Source: an uncultured delta proteobacterium (GTDB lineage Bacteria > Myxococcota > Myxococcia > Myxococcales > Myxococcaceae). From it: 64,000 nt of DNA. Under the pieces are notes generated by a model. That model was not told the origin of the DNA, searched no databases, and worked only from the letters and a program-made list of their open reading frames with translations. This document shows positions 52,572 to 62,639 of the stretch, piece by piece. The position numbers and the translations under genes were made by a program. Each line of letters begins with the position of its first letter. Position 1 is the stretch's first letter. The stretch spans positions 32,001 through 96,000 of the forward strand of contig CAVZMH010000016.1 of NCBI GenBank assembly GCA_963776345.1, given 5' to 3'.

Positions 52572-53903
52572 TCAGAATCGTCCAAAGAGGCCTCCACCCA
52601 CCGAGACCGAGAATGGCGGCGTCGTCCAGGCCTCCTGGGAGTCGATCAGGAGCCTCGGGCGGATGAGGTTCGCTCCGGCATCGAGGTGCAGGCGCAGGCC
52701 GATGGGGTCGGCGAAGACCCATTCCCACTGCGCGCGCGCGCCGACCGAGACCACCCAGGAGCTCACCTCCTTGGTCTCACTGTAGCCCTGCCCGCGGGCG
52801 TTGAGCGGGCCGGCCTGGGTGAGCCCGCACGCGGCCCAGCTGCCGAAGCGGGCGCAACCCACCAGCGCGCCGCTCACCTGGGAGGTGGAGATGGAGCCGC
52901 TTCCGAAGGCCAGGCTCGTCCCTGGCAGCCAGCGCAGCTCGGCCTCCACCGAGGCGGTGCTCGAGGCCGCGCCGGCGTGAACGAGCACCCCGCCCGCGAA
53001 GCCCGGGAGCGCCCCGGCCACGCCCACCGCGCCCACGCCGACCACCGGTCGCCAGCCGGTCGTGGACGGTGCCGGTGAGGGCTCGGCGGCAGCGGCGACC
53101 TCGGCGAGGACGGGCGGGACGCCGGCGTCGGCCACGGGCACCTCCGGCCCGGCGTCGACCGGGAGCGCGGCGACCCCGGCGTCGAGCGGCGCCACCGGGG
53201 GCCCGGCGTCGGGCGGCGGCCCCGCATCGGGCTGCGCCCCGGCATCCGGTGAAGCCGCCCCGGCATCGGGCCCGGCCGGCGGACGCGCACCGGCGTCGGG
53301 AACCGAGACGACGAGGGGGATGAGACCGAGGGCGGCGAGCGGTCCGGCATCCGGCACCAGGCGCGGCGTCGGCTGGACGCTCCTCGGCGCTGGCGGGATC
53401 GGGGCCGGCGCCAAGGAGGCCGCCGCCGCCGCCGAGGTGCCCGGAGACGTCGAGGCCCCCGCGCCCGCCGAGGGGCTCGCGGCGGCGGTCGGCGGGTTCC
53501 GCGCGGGCGGCTTGGCGAGCGGGTCGATCGCCAGCGCGATGGCCAGCGCGACGGCGCCCCCGAGCTCCTCACAGCCTGGATCCGTGCCCGAGAGCTCGCG
53601 CACGCCGAGCACGCGGCGCGAGCGCGTGTCGAGGAGCTTCACCTGGGCGCCGATCGCACCCTTGCCTCCGCTCAGGACGCAGCTCACGGTCCGCTTCGCG
53701 GTCCTGGCGAATGGGCGGTGGCCGAGGATCTCCGAGACCTGGCCTTCGAGCTCAGCGCGGGACGGGCAACGCTCCGCTCCGGCCAGCTTTCGGTAGTCGA
53801 GCACCACGCGCGCGGGCGTCTGCCGGGCGCGGGCGTTCACGGTCGCGCCGCCGAGCAGCGACAGACAGAGTCCGAGAACGACCAGGCCCGCCGGGCGCGG
53901 CAT
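52572..53903 (-). CDS. Exported protein with Pro/Ala (PDAG) linker and probable C-terminal beta-barrel
   Basis: Signal peptide, Cys-containing N-domain, PDAG repeats, alternating strands ending in Phe. Confidence 0.7.
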   Translation of the reverse strand: MPRPAGLVVLGLCLSLLGGATVNARARQTPARVVLDYRKLAGAERCPSRAELEGQVSEILGHRPFARTAKRTVSCVLSGGKGAIGAQVKLLDTRSRRVLGVRELSGTDPGCEELGGAVALAIALAIDPLAKPPARNPPTAAASPSAGAGASTSPGTSAAAAASLAPAPIPPAPRSVQPTPRLVPDAGPLAALGLIPLVVSVPDAGARPPAGPDAGAASPDAGAQPDAGPPPDAGPPVAPLDAGVAALPVDAGPEVPVADAGVPPVLAEVAAAAEPSPAPSTTGWRPVVGVGAVGVAGALPGFAGGVLVHAGAASSTASVEAELRWLPGTSLAFGSGSISTSQVSGALVGCARFGSWAACGLTQAGPLNARGQGYSETKEVSSWVVSVGARAQWEWVFADPIGLRLHLDAGANLIRPRLLIDSQEAWTTPPFSVSVGGGLFGRF

Positions 53904-53991
53904 CGGCGCGCCATCCTGCCGAAGCGGAGGGCGCCAGGCGAGAAAACAGAGGCAACGCCGGGACTCGGCTGCGAGGCGCCCGGCGCCGTGC

Positions 53992-55012
53992 TCAGGGCGG
54001 GAGCGTGATTCGCCCGGGCGCGGAACTGGCGCCGCTCTGGGTGTGGCAGCTGTTGCAGTCGCCGGTCGACACGGCGGTCCCCATCGCGCGCGTCTTGCCG
54101 TTGAAGGTGACCTTCGCGGTGATGGGGAAGGTCAGCCGGGTCGAGCCGTGGAAGTTTCCCGAGACGGAGCTCGCGGTGAACGTCGCCGTCACCCCGTTCA
54201 GGTCGGTCACCGTGACCACCGCCCCACCGGCTCCGCTCCCGTTGCAGTCGTCAGGCTCGTGCCCGCTGGGGAAGACGGTCCCGGCGACGCTGAAGGTCGG
54301 GCCATTCTGCTGCGTGTGGCAGGTGATGCAGGCACGACCGGGCTCCATGTCCGAGCTGCCCTGCGTCCCCGAGGTCCAGTACGAGCTGCTGGTGCAGGTG
54401 GGTGCGGCGCCGAGCGGATCCGGAGGCGGAGGAGGACCGGCGTCGGGAGCCGGAGGTGGGACGCCGCCGTCCACCACGCAGCTCCCCGCGGCCATCCCGG
54501 CAGTGACCCAGGCCTGGAAGCCGCTCACCTCGGCGGCGGGAACGGACGCGTTCGGCGCCGGGGGCATGGGCGAGGTGGTGGACTGGATCCGCACCACCGA
54601 CCGCGCGCCGTTGCTCTGCGACGGGTACCCGGGTGAGGGGGCCTGGAGCGCCGCCAGCGTGGCCAGCGACTGGGGTGCGCCGCCGCTCGGCGTCGAGCCG
54701 TGACAGCTCCAGCAGTGCGCGCTGAGGACGTCGTAGGCGGCGCACGGGAGCTCGGAGGAGAGCACCACCACGCCGCCGTCCGTGCCCGTGCCGCTCGAGC
54801 CGCCGTCCACGCCGCCGCCGCTCCCCGGCATCGGTGCCCGGACCGCCGGGAGCGCCCCCCTGGGTTCCACCGGGGGCGCCGCCGGTCGTCCCGGGCCCAC
54901 CCGTCCCCGGGGAGGTGATGCTTCCGTCGCAGCCGCCCAGCATCGCGGCGAGCGCCGCCGCGAAGACGAGCTCGCGCGCGCGGCCACCGAGACCACCCAG
55001 TCGTCGTTGCAC
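53992..55012 (-). CDS. Triheme c-type cytochrome lipoprotein; frameshift near 54825
   Basis: CWSCH, CITCH, CNSCH. Lipobox LGGC and GGAGG-GTG start lie in the adjacent frame, joined across a G4 run. Confidence 0.78.
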
Positions 55013-55200
55013 CTGTCTGCCTCCGCTCGCGCCGTCGAGCAGACTCCCGCTCGGCATTGCGCGGGTCCGCCAGTCTCCGTCACGCACGGATGCGCTCGTC
55101 CCGGGCCCGGTGTGCGGTGCTCTGCCCTGCCGTGTGCATCACGCCTCCACCGAAACGAGCGCGCGCGCTAGGCTCCCGTCGCCATCCCAAGGGAGGACCG

Positions 55201-55548
55201 ATGCGCCACGAAATCCGGGTCGGCCTCGTCGCCGCAGTGGCCCTGGTCGCCTGTCGTCACGCGGCGGTCACGCACCTGGCGAGCGCGCCGCCCAAGCCGT
55301 CGGGCTGCCAGCTCCAGCTCTTTGCCAGCGAGGCGGAGGTGGGTCGCGCGTTCGAGGCCCTGTGCCTGGTGGACACCGAGATCACCACCACCCTGCTCCG
55401 CCCGGTCGATCCCGCCGCGGTCGCCGAGACGGCCCGCGGCCAGGCCTGTCAGTGCGGCGGGGACGCGTTGATCGTGACGAAGCCGGACGCGGGCACCCCG
55501 GAGGGCACCCCCATGGTGGTGAAGGTGATCCGCTTCACCGGGCCGTGA
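55201..55548 (+). CDS. Small lipoprotein
   Basis: GGAGG RBS; LVAC lipobox; ACQCGGDALIV. Confidence 0.7.
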   Translation: MRHEIRVGLVAAVALVACRHAAVTHLASAPPKPSGCQLQLFASEAEVGRAFEALCLVDTEITTTLLRPVDPAAVAETARGQACQCGGDALIVTKPDAGTPEGTPMVVKVIRFTGP

Positions 55549-55586
55549 GCGCGCACGCAGAGCTGATCGCTCGAGCTGCCCGAGGC

Positions 55587-56972
55587 TCAGGAAAGTGGTT
55601 CAAACCTCGCCGTGAAATGACGCAGGTACGGAGGCTCGTGGACCATCCGGAAGCCCCGGATCCCGTTCCTGCGCGGAACGATCTCCTCCATCCCCTCGAG
55701 GATGTAATCGAAATGACTTTGCGTATACACACGTCGTGGAATCGCCAGCCGGACGAGCTCCATGGCCGCGGGCTGGAACGCTCCCTGCGAGCGACGGCCG
55801 AACATGACCGATCCGATCTCGCATGATCGAATTCCTTCGGACAGGTAGAGCTCCACGACCAGGGCCTGGCCGGGGTACTGCTCCGGCGGGATGTGGGACA
55901 GGAATGCCTTCGCGTCCACGAAGACCGCGTGACCTCCAGGGGGTTGAACGGTCGGAAACCCCAGGCGGTTCAGTCCCTCGGCGAGGTAGCGGGTCACCGC
56001 GATCCGGTAGCTGAGATAGCGCTCGTCCAGCACTTCTTCCAGACCCACCGCGATCGCCTCGAGGTCCCGCGCGGCCAGTCCACCGTAGGTGGGAAACCCC
56101 TCGGTGAGAATGAGCAGATTGCGCAGACCGTCCATCCACTCCCGGCTCTTCAGCGCGATGAATCCGCCGATGTTCGAAAGGCCGTCCTTCTTCGCGCTCA
56201 TCAGGCAACCATCGGCGAGGCCGAAGGTCTCCTGAGCGATCTCCCGAACCGACCTGCCCTCTTGCCCGATCTCGCGGGATTTGATCAGAAAGCTGTTCTC
56301 CGCGAACCGGCACGCGTCCACGATGAACGCGATTCCGTGCCGCCGATAGACCGCCGAGGCTGCGCGGAGATTCTCCAGAGAGACCGGCTGACCCCCACCG
56401 GCGTTGTTGGTGAGGGTCAACATCCCGCAAGGGATCTTTCCCCGGTTCTCGGAGCAAAACGCATCCAGGCGCTCGATGTCGATGTTCCCTTTGAATGGAT
56501 AGGTGCTCGCAGGATTCGTCCCCTCCGCAATCACCAGATCGACCGCCTCGCCACCGAGCTGCTCGATGTTGGCACGCGTGGTGTCGAAGTGGTTGTTCGA
56601 GGGGATTCTGCTTCCGGGCTTGACGATGACGGAGAAGAGAAGCCTCTCCGCTGCGCGCCCCTGATGTGTCGGGATCACCACCGGGTAGCCCGTCAGCTCG
56701 TGAACGACCTTCTCGAATCTCGCGAAGCTGCGGGATCCTGCGTAGCTCTCGTCCGCGACCATCATCGCCCCCCACTGCGCGGCGCTCATGGCGGTGGTGC
56801 CGGAGTCGGTCAGGAAATCGAACGTCACCTCCTCCGATGGCAACAGGAACAGGTTGTAACCCGCCCTCCTCAGGGACTGCTCGCGCTCCGCGCGCGAGCG
56901 CATGTTGAGCGGCTCCACGACCTTGATCTTGAAAGGCTCGATGATGCAGCGGTGTCCTCTCGTGTCATCCAT
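55587..56972 (-). CDS. tnaA: Tryptophanase
   Basis: DFLTDSGT, HQGRAAE, MSAKKD PLP-Lys. FDTT and LRHFT match tryptophanase rather than tyrosine phenol-lyase (FTTT, LRFFT). Confidence 0.85.
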   Translation of the reverse strand: MDDTRGHRCIIEPFKIKVVEPLNMRSRAEREQSLRRAGYNLFLLPSEEVTFDFLTDSGTTAMSAAQWGAMMVADESYAGSRSFARFEKVVHELTGYPVVIPTHQGRAAERLLFSVIVKPGSRIPSNNHFDTTRANIEQLGGEAVDLVIAEGTNPASTYPFKGNIDIERLDAFCSENRGKIPCGMLTLTNNAGGGQPVSLENLRAASAVYRRHGIAFIVDACRFAENSFLIKSREIGQEGRSVREIAQETFGLADGCLMSAKKDGLSNIGGFIALKSREWMDGLRNLLILTEGFPTYGGLAARDLEAIAVGLEEVLDERYLSYRIAVTRYLAEGLNRLGFPTVQPPGGHAVFVDAKAFLSHIPPEQYPGQALVVELYLSEGIRSCEIGSVMFGRRSQGAFQPAAMELVRLAIPRRVYTQSHFDYILEGMEEIVPRRNGIRGFRMVHEPPYLRHFTARFEPLS

Positions 56973-59259
56973 GGGCGCCTGCTCCCGGAGCCGCGAGTCG
57001 ATGTTCGCAAAACTTCGACAATAGGTTTATGGCCCGGTCGGCGGTGCGGAACGTGGGGACCGCGTTCTCCTCGAGCAGCCGCACCATCGGGTCGTAGAGT
57101 GCGCCACCCTCCACCACGACGACAAAGGGCTTCGCACACCCGGCCTTGATCCGGATCAGCCGTCTCGCGATGCCGGAATCGTCCGAGAGGTCTCCTCCCG
57201 CTCCTGCCCGTGCTTCGGCTCCCCTGGGCAACGTCTGAAGGGCTGGCGTGAGTGGAACACATCCGAGGATCGCGACATCGACGGAGCCGTCTTCCAGCAG
57301 AGCCCGGATGGCACGCTCGTACTCCGCGTCAGCGCACATCGGGGTCAGATCCAGGGGATTGTGGACATCGACGATCCCGGAGATCCCGACTTCTGCAAAG
57401 ACTTCTCCCAGCCGCTTCACGGTCCCAGGCTCGAGCTCGGGCAGGACGAAGCTCCCCAGATGGTCGGCAAAGGCGACGCATTCGAAGCCGGCGTTGGACA
57501 GAGCCCCCAGCCGCCGGCCCGTCACTGCCCGCCCGCGCAGGAACGTGAACAGCTTGATGAGATCGCCAAATTCAGCGAGGGAGTCCGCGAGAACGACGCC
57601 GGCGCTTCGGCAGAGCTGCCGGGTGACGGCATAGTCCCCGGCGATGGAGGCGGTGTGGCTCGAGGAGGCCTGAGCGCCGGCCGCGGTCCGGCCTGCGCGG
57701 TAGAGAAGGACGGTCTTCCCGGCGGCGGTGATCTCTCGAGCGGCGGCGAGAAACCGGGCTCCATCCCCCAGCTTGAAGCCCTCGAGATAGACGGCATAGA
57801 CGTCGATGTCGGGATCGTCCTTGAGGTAGACGAGATAGTCGCCCGCCGTGAGGTCCATCTGGTTTCCCACGGAGATGGCAAACCTGGGGTTGACCCCGGT
57901 GAGGTCGGAGATCCGGGAGATGGCGAACGCTCCGCTCTGCGAGATCACCGCCACCGGAGAAGGGGGCCCCCGAGGCGCGGGGAGCTTGTTCTCCGGGATG
58001 AAGAAGGTGTCGTAGCGGCCCGGCACGGAGCGGATGCCAAGGCAGTTGCCGCCATTGATGACCGGCCCGCGCCAATCGCTTGCTCGGGCCGTCGCGAGCG
58101 AAGTTTGCATCCGGGCAACGAGGGCCTCGGTGCCCTCCTTCTCCTCCAGCCCGCCCGGGATCACCACCACCGCTTCTGCCTTCCTGTTTTCGATGACCTC
58201 GGCGAGCACTCCGGGGATCTGGGATGCGGAGATCGCGAGGACCAGGAGATCCACCTTGTCCGTGAGAGCCTGAACGTCATCGACACACCGGCAGCCCTCG
58301 ATGCGCTGGGTGGACCCGGCGGACCGCATGCCGGGTTTGATCACCGTCATCGCCTCCGGGTCGAAGCCAGCGCCGAGGGTATTCTTCAAGATGATCCGCC
58401 CCGGGTTCATCGTTCCCGAGACCCCCGCCAGAGCGATGGTGCGTGGTTCGAGCAGGTTCCGGAGCTTCTCCAGGGGCCTTGCAGGTGCCGCGGCGCTCGG
58501 CGCTGGCCCGGGGATGACCAGCACGTCGAGGGCGACGAGCCTCTTGCCGGTGACCACCAGCGGGTTGATCTCCAGCTCCCGGATGGCTCCGGGGATGAAT
58601 CGGTCTGCGACATCCAGAAACCTGTCGATCACCGCGATCAGCTCGCCCTCCCCGATCCTCGGTTCACGGCCGCGCAATGTTCCGGTGAGGAGCGGCAAGA
58701 GACCCAGAGCGCCGAGTGCGTTCCGGGTCGCCCCCGGAGAGCGGTCCTGCGGCGAGAAGACGGCCAGCCCGGTCCCGGGCAAGAGCTGGCTGGACAGAAG
58801 CTCGGAATGAATGCCGCCGGGTCCCAGGCTGACGATGGGCCCGAAGTCCTCCGTCCAGCGCATGCCGAGGAGGAGATCGCCTCCGAGCGCAGGGTCGTAG
58901 GGGATGAACTCCTCGAGGAGAAATCCCTCGATCCGGTGCGTCCTGGCCAGCGCGGACTCCATCCGCTGCATCTCTGCCAGGAGCGCCTCCTGTCTCTTTG
59001 GCAGGATCACCACGGCACCCAGCTCGGTCTTGTGCAGGATGTCCCTGGAGAGCGCCTTGAGGACCACCCGGTCCCCGGGGAACGCCGCGAGCTCCGCCTC
59101 GGATACCCTCGGATCGGCGCGGATCCCTGGAATCACCAGGTGCTTCGGAACTGCGATCCCCATCGCCTGGAGGATCTCCAGCCCCTCGGTCTCGAGCAGC
59201 GGACGCTGGTCCCGTCCGAGGGCGTTCCGGAGAGCGCGCTCGATGCGTTCAAGCTCCAT
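56965..59259 (-). CDS. ADP-forming acyl-CoA synthetase, beta-alpha fusion
   Basis: N-terminal ATP-grasp (ILHKTELGAV, ELEINPL), then GGNCLG, SQSGA, GNQMD, phospho-His SHTA, NPLDL. Confidence 0.87.
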   Translation of the reverse strand: MELERIERALRNALGRDQRPLLETEGLEILQAMGIAVPKHLVIPGIRADPRVSEAELAAFPGDRVVLKALSRDILHKTELGAVVILPKRQEALLAEMQRMESALARTHRIEGFLLEEFIPYDPALGGDLLLGMRWTEDFGPIVSLGPGGIHSELLSSQLLPGTGLAVFSPQDRSPGATRNALGALGLLPLLTGTLRGREPRIGEGELIAVIDRFLDVADRFIPGAIRELEINPLVVTGKRLVALDVLVIPGPAPSAAAPARPLEKLRNLLEPRTIALAGVSGTMNPGRIILKNTLGAGFDPEAMTVIKPGMRSAGSTQRIEGCRCVDDVQALTDKVDLLVLAISASQIPGVLAEVIENRKAEAVVVIPGGLEEKEGTEALVARMQTSLATARASDWRGPVINGGNCLGIRSVPGRYDTFFIPENKLPAPRGPPSPVAVISQSGAFAISRISDLTGVNPRFAISVGNQMDLTAGDYLVYLKDDPDIDVYAVYLEGFKLGDGARFLAAAREITAAGKTVLLYRAGRTAAGAQASSSHTASIAGDYAVTRQLCRSAGVVLADSLAEFGDLIKLFTFLRGRAVTGRRLGALSNAGFECVAFADHLGSFVLPELEPGTVKRLGEVFAEVGISGIVDVHNPLDLTPMCADAEYERAIRALLEDGSVDVAILGCVPLTPALQTLPRGAEARAGAGGDLSDDSGIARRLIRIKAGCAKPFVVVVEGGALYDPMVRLLEENAVPTFRTADRAINLLSKFCEHRLAAPGAGAHG

Positions 59260-59833
59260 GCTGCTCGAAAGCCTGCTTGCCCGCAGTGAAGGCCCGCATG
59301 TTCATCTCGACCACGCGGGCGCCCTTTCGCCCGAAGAAGCGCTCCACCGAGCGCTGGAGCAGCTCGGGCCGGATGGGAAGGAGGTGGGAGGCCGCCCCTG
59401 CCATGACGACGTTGCCAGCAGTTGCCGAGCCTGCCTTTCGCGCGAGCGGTTCCGCTTCCACCAGGAGAAACCTGGGAAAGCTCCGGATCCGATCCAGGAG
59501 CTGCTGGATGTCCGGGTAGTCTGGAATGTTGACCACCGGCATCGTGGCAGTGATCAGCGTTCCCTCGGCCCCGAGGTAGGAAAGATGCCGCAAGGCCTCA
59601 AGCGGCTCCATGCTGAGAAGGAGCGAGGCGCCACCCTGAGGGATGAGGGGACTGGCCACGGGCTTGTCCGAGAGGCGGAGATTCGCGACGACGGCGCCGC
59701 CGCGCTGGGACATTCCGTGCACCTCGGTCTGCTTGACGAAGAGGCCCTCCTCCAGAGCGGCCTGCGCGATGATGCTCGCCACGCTCAGGCCCCCCTGGCC
59801 GCCAACGCATGCGAGGACGACGTCGAACTTCAT
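59249..59833 (-). CDS. iorB: Indolepyruvate:ferredoxin oxidoreductase beta subunit
   Basis: VGGQG, EVHGMSQRGGAV, EPLEALR. Confidence 0.92.
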   Translation of the reverse strand: MKFDVVLACVGGQGGLSVASIIAQAALEEGLFVKQTEVHGMSQRGGAVVANLRLSDKPVASPLIPQGGASLLLSMEPLEALRHLSYLGAEGTLITATMPVVNIPDYPDIQQLLDRIRSFPRFLLVEAEPLARKAGSATAGNVVMAGAASHLLPIRPELLQRSVERFFGRKGARVVEMNMRAFTAGKQAFEQHGA

Positions 59834-61462
59834 GACCTTGCCGGGCGGTCCTTCCTCCGCTTGGCGGCCTCGACGCACTCGCGGACGGCGATCACCACGG
59901 AGAGCCCGGCATGGTCGACCTCGGCGCGCATGATCGCGGTGTTCTGTTCAGCATGCTTGGGGTGCGCGGTGATGACCCGCAGGTGATCCGGGTGGACGCC
60001 CAGACCCAACACGATCCCCGTCAGCCGAGAGGTGGGAACCAGGGTCTGCTGGCCCCCCGTCATCGCCACGGTCTCGTTGTCCAGGATGAGGACCGTCATC
60101 GGTGTGTTGGCGGCCGCTGCCTCGAGGAGCGGCGGGATGCCCGAGTGAACGAAGGTGCTGTCGCCGATCACCGCAACCACCGGGCGAAATCCCGCGTCCA
60201 CCGCACCCCTGGCCATGCCGATGGAGGCTCCCATGCAGACGCAGCTCTCGGTCACCGAGTGGGGCGGAAGCGCCCCCAGGGAGTAGCAGCCGATGTCCGA
60301 GGTCACGAGCTTCGCTTCAAAGGAAGCCAGGATGGGCTTCAGCGCGTCGTAGGTATCGCCGTGCGGGCATCCCGAACAGAGCTGCGGCGGCCTCCCGGGC
60401 AGGCGGAGACCCGGAAACACCGCTTCGAGCGAGGCGCTTCGTCGTCAGAGGCAATTCCAGGGTCTGTCGGATGAGATCCGGCGTCAGCTCGCCCTCCAGC
60501 GGGACATGGCCGGATTCCTTTCCGAGAATCTCGTGCTCCAGCGGGAGAATTCCGCGCAGACGCCTTTCGAGAAATGAATGGCCCTCCTCGAACACGACAA
60601 TCTTTCCCACCTGGCTCGCCAGACTGCGGATCTTCTCCCGCGGAAGAGGATAGGCCCCCACGTGAAGATGGGCCGGGGAATACCCGAGCAGGTGTGTGAG
60701 GTCGTCGAGGCTCTCGAGGAAGTAATCGCGCGCGATTCCTGTGGTGATGACCCCGAGTCGGTCGCGCACTTCCCTGGGCCCCCCTGCCGGCTCCAGCCAG
60801 TTGTAGGACGAGGACTCGCTGAAACCTTCCAGGTCCTTCTGTCTCTCGAGGTGCTCGTGCCACTGGCGCCTGGCATTCATCGGCATGAGGATCCATGACG
60901 ACGCGCGGGGAGCCTTCTCCAGTGCCTTCGGACCGCGCTCCTCGGCGGTCCTGACCGTGCCCCGTGCATGCGACACCCGGGTCACAAGCCGGAGCATCAC
61001 CGGAACGCGGAATCGTTCCGACAGGTCGAACGCATCCCGTGTCATGTCATAGGCCTGCTGCGGGTCCGCAGGCTCGAGGCACAGAATGCGCGCAAAGTCG
61101 GCGTAGAAACGACTGTCCTGCTCGTTCTGGGAGCTGTGCATCCCCGGATCGTCCGCCACGGCGAGCACCAGTCCCGCGTGCGGCGCGACGATGGCCGAGC
61201 TCATGAAGGGATCGGCCGCCACGTTGAGGCCGACGTGTTTCATGGTCACCAGAGCGCGGCGACCAACGAACGTCACCCCGAGCGCGGCTTCGTATGCGGT
61301 CTTCTCGTTCGCGCACCATGACACGACCGCCTCGTGGTTCCGCTCGAGGAGCGATTCGATGATCTCGGTCGATGGGGTCCCCGGATAGCCGTAGGCCGCA
61401 GTGATGCCCGCATGAAGGGCGCCAAGGGCCACCGCCTCGTTTCCGAGCAAGATCGGATTCAA
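59830..61462 (-). CDS. iorA: Indolepyruvate:ferredoxin oxidoreductase alpha subunit; frameshift near 60425
   Basis: GYPGTPSTEI, MKHVGLNVAADP, HSSQNEQD; in the next frame RPPQLCSGCPH, DIGCY, GDSTFVHSG, AMTGGQ. TTG start after AAGGAG. Confidence 0.9.
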
Positions 61463-61669
61463 TCCCTGGACTCCTTCGATGTCTGGGCTGCAAGTCGTAT
61501 GCCACCGCGCGCTGACACTCAGCGTCCCCGCGGCTGATCTCGATGGGCGACCTCCATCGGCGCAATCACTTCTGCCCTGGTGAGCCTGGCCGGTTCGCGG
61601 TGTTCACGGAGCAAGGAGAGGCTCCTGGGTGGATCTCACCCGAACGCGCAAGCGGTTCGCTTTCGCTCC

Positions 61670-61732
61670 GGAGAAGAGGCCGAACTCGACGGCGGTGAGG
61701 AGAACCTTCGACGCCCAGAACGCGGTGCCCAG
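61670..61732 (-). pseudogene. Short remnant of an O-methyltransferase dimerisation domain
   Basis: LGTAFWASKVLLTAVEFGLFS with no start codon or catalytic domain. Confidence 0.55.
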
Positions 61733-61751
61733 CGCGTCATCGAGCCTCAAG

Positions 61752-61840
61752 TGGTGGCCCTCCCCGGACTCGAACCGGGACGCGGGGTCAGCCGCAGCGG
61801 ATTTTGAGTCCGCCTCGTCTACCAATTTCGACAGAGGGCC
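61752..61840 (-). tRNA. tRNA-Leu(CAA)
   Basis: GGCCCTC/GAGGGCC acceptor, GCGGA-CTCAAAA-TCCGC anticodon arm, long variable arm, encoded CCA. Confidence 0.96.
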
Positions 61841-61879
61841 TTGCGACGCCGCGGGCAGCGGGTCTAGCACGTCCGCGCC

Positions 61880-62611
61880 ATGTACAACCTTCTCATCGCC
61901 TTCGCCGCGGGCGTCGTCGTCACCGTCGCCGTGCGGCTGGCCGGACTGCCGCTGCTCGCGGGCATCGTGCCCGGAGTGCTGGTGTTCGTCGGCGCCTACA
62001 TCCTCCTCGCCCGGCGCATCTCCCAGCGGCTCAAGGCCCTGGTCGCCACCGCCCAGAAGGAGCTCCAGGGCATCTCCTCCCCCCGCGATCGCGACGCGAA
62101 GGTCGCCAAGGCGGTGAAGACGCTCCAGCAGGGCCTGCAGTATGACCGGTGGCAGATCATGGTCGCCGCGCAGGTCCACGGGCAGATCGGGGTCCTCCAT
62201 TACATGCTGAAGGACTACGCCGCGGCCGAGCCGCACCTGGCGCAGGCGAGCGGCCGCGACCCGATGGCCCAGGCCATGCGCGGCGCTCTGTACTACCAGC
62301 GCAAGGAGTACGGCCCGATGGCCGAGGCCTTCGAGCGCGCGGTGAAGGCCGGCAAGAAGGAGGGGCTGGTCTGGGCGGTCTACGCCTGGTGCCTGCAGCA
62401 GTCGAAGGAGCGGGAGAAGGCCATCGCCGTGCTCGGCCGGGCCGTGGCGGCCAATCCCAGCGACGAGAAGCTGAAGGCCGGCCTCACCGCGCTCCAGAAC
62501 GACAAGCGCATGAAGATGAAGGGCTGGGAGCCAATGTGGTGGCAGTTCAACCTCGAATCCCCGCCCCAGGACTTCGGCGGCGGACGCAGGGTTCAGTTCC
62601 AGCGTCGGTAG
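61880..62611 (+). CDS. Membrane-anchored TPR protein
   Basis: Two N-terminal TM helices followed by TPR-like helices. Confidence 0.8.
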   Translation: MYNLLIAFAAGVVVTVAVRLAGLPLLAGIVPGVLVFVGAYILLARRISQRLKALVATAQKELQGISSPRDRDAKVAKAVKTLQQGLQYDRWQIMVAAQVHGQIGVLHYMLKDYAAAEPHLAQASGRDPMAQAMRGALYYQRKEYGPMAEAFERAVKAGKKEGLVWAVYAWCLQQSKEREKAIAVLGRAVAANPSDEKLKAGLTALQNDKRMKMKGWEPMWWQFNLESPPQDFGGGRRVQFQRR

Positions 62612-62639
62612 TCCCTGGCCCGGCGGGAGACGACACGCC

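Noticed and set aside
53100..53360. PDAG/DAG repeats at DNA level
   Set aside because: Low-complexity protein linker, not a separate element.
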